DNA from: Patescibacteria group bacterium
GTDB taxonomy: Bacteria; Patescibacteriota; Microgenomatia; JAMCZE01
Length of the DNA: 64,000 nt
NCBI GenBank assembly: GCA_023485845.1
Contig: JAMCZE010000004.1
Coordinates: 1,358-65,357 of the forward strand
Reading direction: 5' to 3'
This document shows, one piece after another, positions 18,740 through 28,784 of the stretch (positions within the stretch are counted from its first letter, which is position 1; the number at the start of each line of letters is the position of its first letter). The notes below the pieces were generated by a model, which was given only the letters and a program-made list of their open reading frames with translations, did no database searches and was not told the DNA's origin. The position numbers and the translations under genes were made by a program.

Positions 18740-19838
18740 TTTTTTGATTCTTCTATTATCTTTAGCACTTCGGCTCTACCGCTTCAATGATTTGTCGTCT
18801 TTTGGTTTTGACCAGGCACGGGATGCGGGAATTGAACGGCAGATGATTCTTACCGGCAAGCCGACATTGTTGGGTCCGCAGACGCTAATCGGCGATAAAA
18901 CCATCTATTTTGGGCCGTGGCACTATTATTTAATGGCCCCGGCGTTATGGCTGGCACATTTTGATCCTGTCGGTCCGGATTTATGGACTGTAGTTCTCGG
19001 GGTGGCCACCACGGCCGTTATTTTTGCCATCTCTGGCAGTGCTCTGGCAGCGCTTTTTTACGCAGTTTTTCCCCTAGCAGTGATTTATAACCGTTTTGCC
19101 TGGAATCCGAACACGGTTCCCCTTTTTTGTGCCTTAGCATTGCTTTTTTTTAGCCGGAAGCGCGATTTTTTGGCCGGTTTGTTCTTCGGACTAGCGGTCC
19201 AGCTGCATCCGACGGCCCTGCTCTTGGTTTTGTTTTTTTTGCGCCGATTCCGATGGCCGATTATTCTTGGTGCTTTGGTGGGCTTAAGTCCAATTATTGT
19301 TTTTGATTTTCGCCACCAGTTCCTTTATCTCCATGGTTATCTCAGCCTCTTCTCGGCTAATTGGGCCTATCGGGGATTCAACTGGCACTATTTCCTGTGG
19401 CTTTTGCCGGGATTATCTCTTTGGGTTGGTTCACTCAAGCCAAAACTGGCAGCCATAATAATTTTTTTGGCTTTTGCCGGGACGGTATTTTATTTAGCAT
19501 CCCAGCCGGCAGTTTTTGCCACTAGTCCGGCAACAATCAAGAAAGTAAGCAGCCTGATTGTCTCCGATCAAGATAATTCGGCGCTGCCATTTGATGTGGC
19601 CTCATTTTCTGACGCTGACACTCGGGCCACTGCCTATCGTTATTTTTTGGATCTGGCCGGCCTGACACCGTTGGGCGTTGGCGAATATTCGGTGGCTGAC
19701 CACATTTATGTCACCAGTTTTGCCGGACCAGAAAATGTTCTCTATAATAAGACTTACGAAGTGGCGTCGTTTTCACCGAAAAAAATTATCCGGATCGGGC
19801 AGGAGGGTAATTTATTTTTGTACCGGTTAGAAAAATAA
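18711..19838 (+). CDS. Polytopic membrane protein, ArnT/GT39-like N-terminus (LRLYRFNDLSSFGFDQARD)
   Basis: 375 aa, TM-rich; its N-terminus resembles the C-terminal domain of the 22060 gene. Its 5' end overlaps the divergent gene by 29 nt. Confidence 0.6.
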   Translation: MTMRKKIFFIFLILLLSLALRLYRFNDLSSFGFDQARDAGIERQMILTGKPTLLGPQTLIGDKTIYFGPWHYYLMAPALWLAHFDPVGPDLWTVVLGVATTAVIFAISGSALAALFYAVFPLAVIYNRFAWNPNTVPLFCALALLFFSRKRDFLAGLFFGLAVQLHPTALLLVLFFLRRFRWPIILGALVGLSPIIVFDFRHQFLYLHGYLSLFSANWAYRGFNWHYFLWLLPGLSLWVGSLKPKLAAIIIFLAFAGTVFYLASQPAVFATSPATIKKVSSLIVSDQDNSALPFDVASFSDADTRATAYRYFLDLAGLTPLGVGEYSVADHIYVTSFAGPENVLYNKTYEVASFSPKKIIRIGQEGNLFLYRLEK

Positions 19839-19839
19839 T

Positions 19840-20880
19840 ATGCAAATCGGCATTAATGGATTTGAAGCGAACGTAGCCCATCGGGTGGGGGCGGGTCAGT
19901 ATGCTTACGAACTCCTCCGGCATCTGCCCCGATCTCGGGTTTATTTGCCCTCTGCTCCTTTGGCCGACATGCCGGCGATGGACTACAAGATTGTTCCCGG
20001 AAACAAACTATGGACGTTAACCAGTTTGCAAAAGCAACTGCTTCTGGACCGTGATCTGGACGTTTTTTTCACTCCTGGCCACTACGCGCCCTTGTTTGTA
20101 CCAGTGCCCTCGGTGATTGCTATCATGGATTTGGCTTTTGAGAAATTCCCCCAATTTTTTAAGAAGAGCGACCTTTACCAGCTGAAATATTGGACGCGTT
20201 ATTGTGCCGGCCAGGCAAAAAAAATCCTGACGATTTCCGAGTCGACAAAAAAGGATATTTGCGAAATCTACGGTCAGCCGTCGGACAAAGTTGTGGTCGC
20301 CTATCCCGGCTATGATAAAAAGCGTTTTAATTCAAAGGTTAAGCCAAGCAAAAAATATGGTGATTATCTCTTATTTTTAGGCACTCTTCAGCCGCGCAAA
20401 AACATCGAGCGATTAATCGAGGCCTTCTATCAGCTACCAGGTTCAAGCTTAAAGCTTGTCATCGTGGGAATGCGCGACGAAGGCCGCGGCGGGTGGCTAA
20501 ACGACAAAATCCGGGCATCAGATCGGGTTATCCTGACCGGTTATCTGCCGGATGACCAACTGCCGGGTTTGTATGCCGGAGCGAAGGCTTATGTTTTGCC
20601 CAGCCTTTATGAGGGTTTTGGCATCCCGGTGCTGGAAGCGATGGCTTGTGGCACGCCGGTGCTTGTCTCCCGGGTTTCCTCTTTGCCGGAGGCTTGCGAA
20701 GAAGCGGCGATTTATATAGAGGATCCTTATCGTGTGGATTCAATTAGGGCCGGGTTGGAAGAAGTTTTGGCCGTCGGCGATAAAAAAGTTAAACTAGGTT
20801 TAGAACAAGTAAAACGGTATAATTGGGAAGATACCGCTAAAAAGACGCTGGAGGTGCTTTATGAAGTGGCTAAAAAATAA
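19840..20880 (+). CDS. GT4 glycosyltransferase
   Basis: [14 protein letters not shown]..., [28 protein letters not shown]. Confidence 0.8.
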   Translation: MQIGINGFEANVAHRVGAGQYAYELLRHLPRSRVYLPSAPLADMPAMDYKIVPGNKLWTLTSLQKQLLLDRDLDVFFTPGHYAPLFVPVPSVIAIMDLAFEKFPQFFKKSDLYQLKYWTRYCAGQAKKILTISESTKKDICEIYGQPSDKVVVAYPGYDKKRFNSKVKPSKKYGDYLLFLGTLQPRKNIERLIEAFYQLPGSSLKLVIVGMRDEGRGGWLNDKIRASDRVILTGYLPDDQLPGLYAGAKAYVLPSLYEGFGIPVLEAMACGTPVLVSRVSSLPEACEEAAIYIEDPYRVDSIRAGLEEVLAVGDKKVKLGLEQVKRYNWEDTAKKTLEVLYEVAKK

Positions 20881-21475
20881 ATACGGGAAAGAACTGAGCC
20901 TAAAACAGGCCTGGCCGAAAATTGTCAGGCGACTTTATAATTATTGGCTTGACTGGTGTTTGATGTGGCTATACTGGATCGGTGAAGTGCCAAGCCACAA
21001 TTTTCGGCGTTTCTTTTACACTTCGGCCGGAATGAGAATTGGCCGTGGCAGCGTTATTCACACCTACGCCAGGTTTTATCAACCAAAGGGAATTTCAGTT
21101 GGCGAGGACACGATTATCGGGGATCACGTTTTCCTCGATGGCCGGTCCCCGCTTAAAATTGGTAGCCATGTTGATATTGCCTCGTCTGTGATGATCTACA
21201 ACAGTGAACACAATTCTGAAGCAGTGGATTTTTCTGATCCGGAAAACGTTGTGGAGGAACCGGTTTCAATCGGGGATTATGTTTTTATTGGGCCGCGGGC
21301 GATTATTTTGCCCGGGGTGAAAATCGGTCGGGGAGCGATTGTCGCCGCCGGCGCGGTGGTCACCAAGGACGTTCCCGATTTTGCCATTGTCGGTGGCGTC
21401 CCGGCCAATGTGATCGGACAGCGCAAAGTTAAAGATTTGCATTATCGTTTAGGAAGAGCGCGTCTGTTTCAATGA
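20861..21475 (+). CDS. Hexapeptide-repeat (LbH) O-acetyltransferase, WcaF/WbbJ-like
   Basis: IGDHVFLDG...[11 protein letters not shown]...[31 protein letters not shown] hexapeptide repeats. Confidence 0.8.
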   Translation: MKWLKNKYGKELSLKQAWPKIVRRLYNYWLDWCLMWLYWIGEVPSHNFRRFFYTSAGMRIGRGSVIHTYARFYQPKGISVGEDTIIGDHVFLDGRSPLKIGSHVDIASSVMIYNSEHNSEAVDFSDPENVVEEPVSIGDYVFIGPRAIILPGVKIGRGAIVAAGAVVTKDVPDFAIVGGVPANVIGQRKVKDLHYRLGRARLFQ

Positions 21476-21978
21476 TCACATATACCTTTATTGATGCCTC
21501 AAATATTATCTATGGGACAAGGGATGAGGGTTGGAGAGTTGACCTTAAGAAGTTATTTAAATATCTCAAAGAAAGATATAAAAGCCGTATAGTTTATTAT
21601 TTTGCAGGAGTTGAGGAGGGGAATAGTAAACAGAAAAGATTTTATGAACTTCTAGAGAAAATTGGTTATAGGCTGATTTTGAAACCGGTAAAAATTTATT
21701 CTCAAACTGGAGGGAAGAAGGTTAAAAAGGCAAATTGCGATGTCGACCTCACGTTTTATGCTATGCGAGATAAGGGTTCATTTAGCAGGGGCATATTTTT
21801 AACGGGGGATGGTGATTTCAAGGTTTTATTAAAGTATCTAGCCTCACAGAAGAAAAAAGTCATAGTAATTGCAAATGGAAGGAGAACTGCAAAGGAAATA
21901 CGTGTTTTGATGGGGTCAAATTTTACTCCAATGAAGTCCCTACGGGGTATTATTGAGTATAGAAATAAAAACGGGTAG
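21472..21978 (+). CDS. NYN-domain (LabA-like, PIN-fold) protein
   Basis: [10 protein letters not shown]...[10 protein letters not shown]...LTGDGDF matches the NYN motifs. 168 aa, AT-richer; ATGA overlap with the acetyltransferase gene. Confidence 0.7.
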   Translation: MITYTFIDASNIIYGTRDEGWRVDLKKLFKYLKERYKSRIVYYFAGVEEGNSKQKRFYELLEKIGYRLILKPVKIYSQTGGKKVKKANCDVDLTFYAMRDKGSFSRGIFLTGDGDFKVLLKYLASQKKKVIVIANGRRTAKEIRVLMGSNFTPMKSLRGIIEYRNKNG

Positions 21979-22010
21979 ACTCTACGAACGACTCTACCCT
22001 ACGTTTTATG
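21974..22010 (+). terminator. Probable intrinsic terminator after the NYN gene
   Basis: GGGTAGA(12-nt loop)TCTACCC followed by tacgTTTTATg; the stem overlaps the stop codon. Confidence 0.4.
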
Positions 22011-22059
22011 AGAGAATTATATAGCATAATATTAGTTGTGTCAAGACCAAGATGACAAG

Positions 22060-25000
22060 ATGAGAAGAATTTTGGGTTGGCTGGACGAGAATTTGCTCGC
22101 GGTGGCGGCGGGATTTTTGCTGATTTTCATTCCGCTCTACCCCAAATGGCCGTTGTTTGACATTCTATACGGCTACAACGTCAGGGTTCGGCTGGAAGAT
22201 TTATTTGTTGCCGCCACTTTTGGCCTTTTTCTTTTTCAGCTGCTTCGCCGCAAGGTCTTGGTCATTAGGGAAACCCCGATAACAAAAGGGCTGCTAATTT
22301 ATCTTCTGATGGGCTTTTTATCGATGCTGACGGCCTTTTTTGTGATTAAAACTGTGCCGCTCTTGCCGATGCACATGGAGAAAACTTTCCTGCACTGGTT
22401 GCGCCGGCTGGAATACTTCTCACTTTTCTTTGTTTTCTTTGCCTCCATCCGCAGTTGGAAGCGGGTGAAAGTCTATCTGTGGATCTTCTTTATGACCCTT
22501 TTAGCCGTGATTATCTACGGTTACGGCCAAAAATATCTCTACTGGCCAGCTTTCTCCACCATGAACCGGGAATTTGCCAAGGGTTGGTGGCTCTATCTGA
22601 CGGCCCATGCCCGGCTGCTTTCCACATTTGGCGGCCATTATGATCTGGCTGCCTATTTGGTGATTGCCCTTTCTCTAACCTGGAGCTTCTTTTTTGGCAC
22701 TACCAAACGGTTGGCAAAGATCGTTTTTGGTCTGCTGATTGCCGGGGGATTTTGGTCACTGGTATTGACCGCCTCCCGTTCCTCTTTTGTCGGCTACCTT
22801 ATTGGTCTGTCCGTGGTGGTTTTTGTGTGGACTTTTAAAAAGGGTTTGGGGTGGGGGATCAGCCGCTGGGTGGTGGCGGTGTTTCTTAGTGTGTTAATAA
22901 TGTTGTCTTTTGGTGATCTTTCTGACCGTTTTTTGCATGTGCTGCGCATTGCCGACCGCATTTCGGTTTTGCAGTCGATTCTTTTGCGCCCGACCGGTGC
23001 CCCACCGCAGAATAACGCGGTTTTTCTGGAGAATAATCTGGCCGCGGTGACGTCGTCGTCTGACCAGCCGCCCACACCACTCAAGCCGGAAGATGTGGGG
23101 ACGCAAGTGCCGCTTTATGTGCCGGAAAAAACTGCCAGCGGAGCTACTGTCCTGGTGCAAACACCCCGAACCTATTCGCAAAACGCGCTGGAATTTGATC
23201 TCTCCACTGGCATCCGTCTTGATGCCACTTGGCCGGACGCAATTAAGGGCTTCTTACGGGATCCGATTTTGGGCAGTGGCTATGCCACTTTGAACAAAAC
23301 CAGTCTTTATGACTTCACCGATGCGGAATCAACGGATAATGACTATCTGCGTTCCCTTGGGGAAACGGGCTTATTGGGCTTTGTCACCTTCTTTGGCACT
23401 GTCGTGCTGATGGCAGTGATTACCTTTCGGGCCTTAGGCGGGATTAAAGACCCGGTTCTCTATTCCCTTTGTGCCGGGTTTATCGGCCTTGTCGTTGGAC
23501 TGCTGGCAAACGCAACTCTGGTGGATTTATTTGAAGCTAGCAAAGTGGCCTACGTGTTTTGGGGCGTGGCCGGACTGACAATGGGAAGCCTTTATTTGAC
23601 CCGGGATAAGATCAGGGGAAATATGGCTCCGCTAAAAATTGATTTTCCGATCCGGCAGTGGCTGGGGGAAATTAAGCGATTTTTCCTTTCGGATAAACCC
23701 TGGGTGCTGCTCATTTTAGCTCTGACTTTTGCCCTGCGGCTTTATCGTTTTGACGGCCCGGTGGCTGATTGGCATTCCTGGCGCCAGGCGGACACCTCGG
23801 CAGTGACCCGGGACTTTGTTAAAAATCAGGAAATTAACTGGCTCTATCCCACCTATGAAGATCTTTCTAAGGCTTCCAATGGCCTGGACAACCCGGCCGG
23901 GCTGCGGTTGGTGGAATTTCCAATTTACAATGCCGTATCCGCCACAGTGAAGGCCGTCGTTCCGGAACTGTCGGTGGAAGAGGCGGGGAGAGTGACGACC
24001 ATCTTTGCCATGATGATGGCGGCGTTGTTCCTTTTCTTAATTTGCCGGCAAATCTTCTCCCGGCGAGTGGCCTATCTGGCCGCGCTTGCCTTCTCTGTCA
24101 TTCCATATAGCATATACTATGGACGAACAATTCTTCCTGACCCCTCAATGGTGGCGACTTCCCTTGGGGCCATTTGGTTTAGCGTGGTTTACGCCCAAAA
24201 CAGCAAAAAACGTTATTTTATTCTTAGTCTAATTTTTGCGGCAGCGGCTCTACTGATCAAACCCTTTGCCGCTTTTTTGCTGACCCCGGTTGCTTATATT
24301 TGGCTGGTGGCTTTTTGGAACGACAAGCGCCGACTTTTGACTATGCTGCTTATCTTCTCTCTCGCGGCCATGCCTCTTTTCCTTTGGCGCTTTTGGATTG
24401 CCCACTACCCGGCCGGGGTGCCCTACAGTGATTGGCTTTATAACATCAATCACATTCGCTTCAAAGGGGCATTTTGGTATTGGCTGTTTGCCGATCGGAT
24501 TGGTCGGTTGATTTTGGGCTATTGGGGGTTAATTCCTCTTGGTTTTGGAGTGGTTCGCAAGTTGGCAGGAAAATATCGTTTCTTCGCCCTTTGGCTATGG
24601 CTTTCCTCTTTTGCCTATTTGTCGATTTTTGCCACCGGCAACGTCCAGCATGACTATTACCAAATTCTTCTTTTGCCGTCCCTGGCAATCTTTGTCGGTT
24701 TAGGTTTGGATTGGATGCTTAGTTATAATCTCACCGCTAAGCTATTAGCGATAATTTGCAGCCTGTTTATGGTGGGTTTTGGCTGGTATTTTGTCCGCGA
24801 CTATTTCAATATTAACCGGCCGGAGATTGTGGCCGCCGGGCACGCGCTGGCCGATTTGGCAGGGGAACACGGCAAAGCTCTGGTGATTGCCCCTTATGAC
24901 GAGGACTCGGCTTTCTTATATCAAACCACCCTTAAGGGCTGGCCTTATGTGGAAAAACCCATTCCCGAGATGATTAAGATGGGGGCTGACTATTATGTCA

Positions 25001-25167
25001 GCGTTAATTTTGACAGTCTGACCAACCAACTGCTTTCTCAATCGGAGACAAAAGAATTTCGTCTGGCCCATCCCAAGCTGCCGCCCAAACCCTACCTTCT
25101 TTTAGCAAACACGGATAAATACGTGATCATTCAACTTGTTCCCGATAAGGATCTCCCGGGGAATTAG
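22060..25167 (+). CDS. Large fusion membrane protein: O-antigen-ligase-like (Wzy_C) N-terminal half + ArnT/GT39-like C-terminal half
   Basis: About 1036 aa. The N-half has the O-antigen ligase motif LVLTASRSSFVGYLIGL within a TM-rich region. The C-half begins ILALTFALRLYRFDGPVADWHSWRQADT followed by a second TM bundle. The track ORF starts at TTG 22036; the first ATG is at 22060. Confidence 0.7.
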   Translation: MRRILGWLDENLLAVAAGFLLIFIPLYPKWPLFDILYGYNVRVRLEDLFVAATFGLFLFQLLRRKVLVIRETPITKGLLIYLLMGFLSMLTAFFVIKTVPLLPMHMEKTFLHWLRRLEYFSLFFVFFASIRSWKRVKVYLWIFFMTLLAVIIYGYGQKYLYWPAFSTMNREFAKGWWLYLTAHARLLSTFGGHYDLAAYLVIALSLTWSFFFGTTKRLAKIVFGLLIAGGFWSLVLTASRSSFVGYLIGLSVVVFVWTFKKGLGWGISRWVVAVFLSVLIMLSFGDLSDRFLHVLRIADRISVLQSILLRPTGAPPQNNAVFLENNLAAVTSSSDQPPTPLKPEDVGTQVPLYVPEKTASGATVLVQTPRTYSQNALEFDLSTGIRLDATWPDAIKGFLRDPILGSGYATLNKTSLYDFTDAESTDNDYLRSLGETGLLGFVTFFGTVVLMAVITFRALGGIKDPVLYSLCAGFIGLVVGLLANATLVDLFEASKVAYVFWGVAGLTMGSLYLTRDKIRGNMAPLKIDFPIRQWLGEIKRFFLSDKPWVLLILALTFALRLYRFDGPVADWHSWRQADTSAVTRDFVKNQEINWLYPTYEDLSKASNGLDNPAGLRLVEFPIYNAVSATVKAVVPELSVEEAGRVTTIFAMMMAALFLFLICRQIFSRRVAYLAALAFSVIPYSIYYGRTILPDPSMVATSLGAIWFSVVYAQNSKKRYFILSLIFAAAALLIKPFAAFLLTPVAYIWLVAFWNDKRRLLTMLLIFSLAAMPLFLWRFWIAHYPAGVPYSDWLYNINHIRFKGAFWYWLFADRIGRLILGYWGLIPLGFGVVRKLAGKYRFFALWLWLSSFAYLSIFATGNVQHDYYQILLLPSLAIFVGLGLDWMLSYNLTAKLLAIICSLFMVGFGWYFVRDYFNINRPEIVAAGHALADLAGEHGKALVIAPYDEDSAFLYQTTLKGWPYVEKPIPEMIKMGADYYVSVNFDSLTNQLLSQSETKEFRLAHPKLPPKPYLLLANTDKYVIIQLVPDKDLPGN

Positions 25168-25174
25168 TTTGCCT

Positions 25175-26374
25175 ATGAAGATCCTGATGCTCACCCCATA
25201 TGTTCCGTATCCGCCAAACTCCGGCGGCCAGACAAGAACGTTTAACCTCATCAAAAACCTTTCCAAAAAGCACGAAATCAGCTCATTTTCTTTCCTTCGC
25301 ACTGATCATCCCGAACCGGATCTGACCCAATTGCGCAAATATTGTCGCCAAGTCCGGGTTTTTCGCCGGAAAAAATCCTTCGCGTCCATAGCTAAAATAT
25401 TTAAAACCGGCTTCTCCCTTTATCCCTATTTGGTGAACATGTATCTGGAGGACAAGATCAAGCAGGCTTTGGCCCAAGAGTTAGCCGGTGGCCAATATGA
25501 TCTGATTCACGTTGAGACCTACTATATTATGGCCAATCTCCCACCGACAATTGTTCCTGTTCTCTTAGCAGAACAGACAATTGAATACCAAGTCTACCAG
25601 CATTTTGCCCAAACCACCCGATTCTGGCCGGCCAAGCCGTTTCTGGCTGTTGATGTGGCAAAACATAAATATTGGGAGAAACATTTCTGGCAGGAGGCCC
25701 GTAAAGTGGTGGCCATGTCACAGGATGACAAAGAGAAGATGCTGGAGTTGGTGCCAGACCTGGATGTGAGCGTTGTCCCTAACGGGGTGGACAGCGGTTT
25801 TTTTGCCAAAAAAATTGCTTTGCAAAAAAGAGAATTTCCTCGGCTGCTGTTTGTTGGTAATTTCAACTGGTTGCAGAACCGGGAAGCGGCGGAGGTGCTT
25901 GTGCACCAAATTTGGCCGTTGGTTAAGGTTAAACTGCCCAGGGCACGGCTGTGGATTGTCGGCCGGGAACCAACGCCGGATATCAAAGCTTTGGCGGGCG
26001 ATGATGTGACGGTGTCCGGTGATGTGGAAGATATAAGAACTGCTTATCAGGGATCGGATCTGTTAATTGCTCCAATTTATGGCGGTGGCGGGACCAGGTA
26101 TAAAATTCTGGAGGCAATGGCCTCAGGCTTGCCGGTGGTCAGCACTCAGATCGGCATCAAGGGCATTGGGGCGCAAAATCGCAAGCATGCCTTGATCACT
26201 AATAATCAGCAACAGTTGGCCGATGACGCGGTGGAGCTCCTCACTAACCGTCAGACAGCCAAAAAAATTGCCCAACAAGCTAAAGAATTAGTGGTTAAAA
26301 ACTTTGACTGGACAGGGATCTCTGCCGGTTTGGATAAAATATATGAAGAAACGGCTTTCCGTCATCATTCTTAA
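25175..26374 (+). CDS. GT4 glycosyltransferase
   Basis: MKILMLTPYVPYPPNSGGQTR..., C-terminal ILEAMASGLPVVST. The track ORF starts at TTG; ATG 25175 was chosen. Confidence 0.8.
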   Translation: MKILMLTPYVPYPPNSGGQTRTFNLIKNLSKKHEISSFSFLRTDHPEPDLTQLRKYCRQVRVFRRKKSFASIAKIFKTGFSLYPYLVNMYLEDKIKQALAQELAGGQYDLIHVETYYIMANLPPTIVPVLLAEQTIEYQVYQHFAQTTRFWPAKPFLAVDVAKHKYWEKHFWQEARKVVAMSQDDKEKMLELVPDLDVSVVPNGVDSGFFAKKIALQKREFPRLLFVGNFNWLQNREAAEVLVHQIWPLVKVKLPRARLWIVGREPTPDIKALAGDDVTVSGDVEDIRTAYQGSDLLIAPIYGGGGTRYKILEAMASGLPVVSTQIGIKGIGAQNRKHALITNNQQQLADDAVELLTNRQTAKKIAQQAKELVVKNFDWTGISAGLDKIYEETAFRHHS

Positions 26375-27191
26375 CTTTAACACTCGGGAGCTGTTGCGGG
26401 GCTGCTTGGCATCGCTGCCGACCAATTCGGACTATGAAATCGTTGTGGTGGACAACGCCAGCACTGACGGTTCAATGGCGATGGTGAAAGCGGGATTCCC
26501 AATGGTGACCTTAATCGCCAATAAAATCAATCTGGGCTTTGGCCCGGCTAACAACGCGGCGGCAAAAAAAGCTAAGGGGGACTACGTGGTTTTTCTAAAT
26601 GCCGATATGAAACTGGAGAAGGAAACGCTGTCATTCCCCTTGGATTACATTTCATCCCACCCCGATGTGGGAGCGGTGACAGCCAAAACGGTTTTGGGTG
26701 ACGGTTCGTTGGATGCCACCTGCCACCGCGGTTTTCCCACTCCCTGGAGCGCCTTCTGCTATTTTTCCGGCCTTGCTAAAATTTTCCCCCACAGTCGGCT
26801 GTTTGCCGGCTACACCATGGGCTATCTTGATCCTGACACTGCCCACGAAGTGGAAGCGATCAACGGCGCCTATTTTATGATGCCCCGGATTCTTGGCAAC
26901 AGACTTGATTGGTTTGACAAAGACTTTTTCTGGAAAGGGGAAGATTTGGATTTGTGCTATCGGATAAGGCAGGCCGGTTATAAGATTATGTATCTGCCCC
27001 AGGTGAAGATCTGGCACTTTAAAGGTTCATCCGGCGGCCACCGGCCCGGCAGCAAAACCCTCAAAGCCCGGTTTGAAGTGATGCGGATTTTTTATCGGAA
27101 GCACTACACTAATAAATATCCCCACTGGGTGAAAACACTAGTTTTTTTGGGCATTGACCTGCGGGAGTTTCTAGCCAATCTCAGCCTATGA
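26343..27191 (+). CDS. GT2 family glycosyltransferase (rhamnosyltransferase-like)
   Basis: LSVIILNFNTRELL...VVVDNASTDGS...FLNADM...GAYFMMPR. Confidence 0.75.
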   Translation: MKKRLSVIILNFNTRELLRGCLASLPTNSDYEIVVVDNASTDGSMAMVKAGFPMVTLIANKINLGFGPANNAAAKKAKGDYVVFLNADMKLEKETLSFPLDYISSHPDVGAVTAKTVLGDGSLDATCHRGFPTPWSAFCYFSGLAKIFPHSRLFAGYTMGYLDPDTAHEVEAINGAYFMMPRILGNRLDWFDKDFFWKGEDLDLCYRIRQAGYKIMYLPQVKIWHFKGSSGGHRPGSKTLKARFEVMRIFYRKHYTNKYPHWVKTLVFLGIDLREFLANLSL

Positions 27192-28237
27192 GAATCGGTA
27201 TCGACGGGCGACTATGGAACGAAACCGGTGTTGGGCGCTATATTCGGGCGCTCTTTAAATATTTGCCAAAAGACCAGGAATTCGTCTGGTTTTTTGGCAA
27301 GAAAGAATTTAAATCGGTTGAGATGCCCCCGAAATGGAAAAAAGTTCTGGTTGACATCCACTGGCACACTCTGCGGGAGCAATTAGTTTTGCCCTGGATT
27401 TTTGCCCGGGAAAACTTAGACCTGCTCCATTTCCCCTATTTTTCTTTTCCCATACTCTATCCCGGACGGTTTGTTATCACCATTCACGATCTAATATTTG
27501 ATCACTATAAAACCGGCAAATGGTCCACTCTTCCCGGCTGGTTGTATGACATCAAAAAACTGGGTTATCACCTGGTTAATTGGATTTCAGTTTTCCGGGC
27601 CGAAAAAATCTTCACCCTTTCCAATGATGCCAAAAATGAGCTGATTTCCCACTATCAGGCCAGCCCGAATAAAGTGGCGGTGATTTATGAATCGGGAAAA
27701 CTAGAGGCGGTGGGTTCAGTGGGGAAATCACCAATGCCCGGCCCCTATCTTTTATACGTGGGCAATGCCCATCCCCATAAAAACATTGGCGCTTTAATTA
27801 AAGCCGCGGAAATTTTAAAGATGAAACTGGCGATCGTCGGCTATGACCAGTTTTTCCAGTCACGGTTGCCGAAATCGCCATATGTAACGGTGGTGGGGGA
27901 GGTGCCCAACAACAAGATTGCTGACTGGTACCGCCATGCGGCGGCGTTAGTCACAGCATCGAAGATGGAGGGCTTTGGCATTCCCCCGCTGGAGGCCATG
28001 TCTGTCGGTTGTCCGGCTATCGTTTCCGACATCCCGGTGTTCCACGAAGTCTATGGTGACGCGGCCATTTATTTTAATCAAAATGATCCCCATGACATCG
28101 CCCGGGTGATTAAAGAAACGTTGGTGGACAAGAAATTAATTTCTACCCAAACTAAAAAGGGCTACGCCCAAGCGGCAAAATATAGTTGGGAGAGATGTGT
28201 CAAACAGACATTTGGGGTTTATGAAGCAGCAGCATAA
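27188..28237 (+). CDS. GT4 glycosyltransferase
   Basis: MRIGIDGRLWNETGVGRY..., EGFGIPPLEAMSVGCPAIVSDIPVFHEV. Confidence 0.8.
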   Translation: MRIGIDGRLWNETGVGRYIRALFKYLPKDQEFVWFFGKKEFKSVEMPPKWKKVLVDIHWHTLREQLVLPWIFARENLDLLHFPYFSFPILYPGRFVITIHDLIFDHYKTGKWSTLPGWLYDIKKLGYHLVNWISVFRAEKIFTLSNDAKNELISHYQASPNKVAVIYESGKLEAVGSVGKSPMPGPYLLYVGNAHPHKNIGALIKAAEILKMKLAIVGYDQFFQSRLPKSPYVTVVGEVPNNKIADWYRHAAALVTASKMEGFGIPPLEAMSVGCPAIVSDIPVFHEVYGDAAIYFNQNDPHDIARVIKETLVDKKLISTQTKKGYAQAAKYSWERCVKQTFGVYEAAA

Positions 28238-28712
28238 GCATTACGAGGTTGACCAGTCAAATAAAGTTGAACAAACCTGGAAAGACACGGTTCTTGCTTT
28301 GTCTAACGACAGCGAATTTACGCTTCTACTTAGGGCCAGAGACAAGAGGGTTATCCAGGAGCAGTTTCGACTACGGGGTGAACCGCGGAATTTCATTCTC
28401 TTTACGTTTTCCGCGCTGTTAGTGTTCTTGTTGAAAAATACCAAACCAACCACATTAGTCACGGTCGATCTCGAGTATAAAGACAGTGAGAACATTATTC
28501 ACGATAGGTTGATTAATTACTCTCGTTTATTAAAGTTTGACCTAAACAAAGTTCCAGTAGTATTCAAATCAATTGGGAAAAAATCTCCTGCGCACAAGCT
28601 GGCCGGTAAGGTTTCGTCCGGAAAACAAAACCCGGATTTAAGAATTAGTCTAGAGGAATTCCTGCAAGTGCTGTTTCCAAAAGAAAAAGATCGGGCATCC
28701 CGAGGGACCTAG
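28221..28712 (+). CDS. Hypothetical protein (no recognisable family), one hydrophobic segment
   Basis: 163 aa ORF overlapping the GT4 stop; AT-richer; MKQQHKHYEVDQ...RNFILFTFSALLVFLL... Confidence 0.35.
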   Translation: MKQQHKHYEVDQSNKVEQTWKDTVLALSNDSEFTLLLRARDKRVIQEQFRLRGEPRNFILFTFSALLVFLLKNTKPTTLVTVDLEYKDSENIIHDRLINYSRLLKFDLNKVPVVFKSIGKKSPAHKLAGKVSSGKQNPDLRISLEEFLQVLFPKEKDRASRGT

Positions 28713-28744
28713 GAGTGTTTAACGCCGGACTGGTTACCGGACGG

Positions 28745-28774
28745 TCGACACCCATCCCGATCAATGTGTAGAAT
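28745..28774 (+). promoter_or_regulatory. Sigma70-like promoter TCGACA-18-TAGAAT upstream of the next GT4 gene
   Basis: TCGACA and TAGAAT hexamers with 18-nt spacer, about 10 nt upstream of ATG 28785. This is the first real intergenic gap after a long run of overlapping genes. Confidence 0.4.
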
Positions 28775-28784
28775 TTAGCATAAT

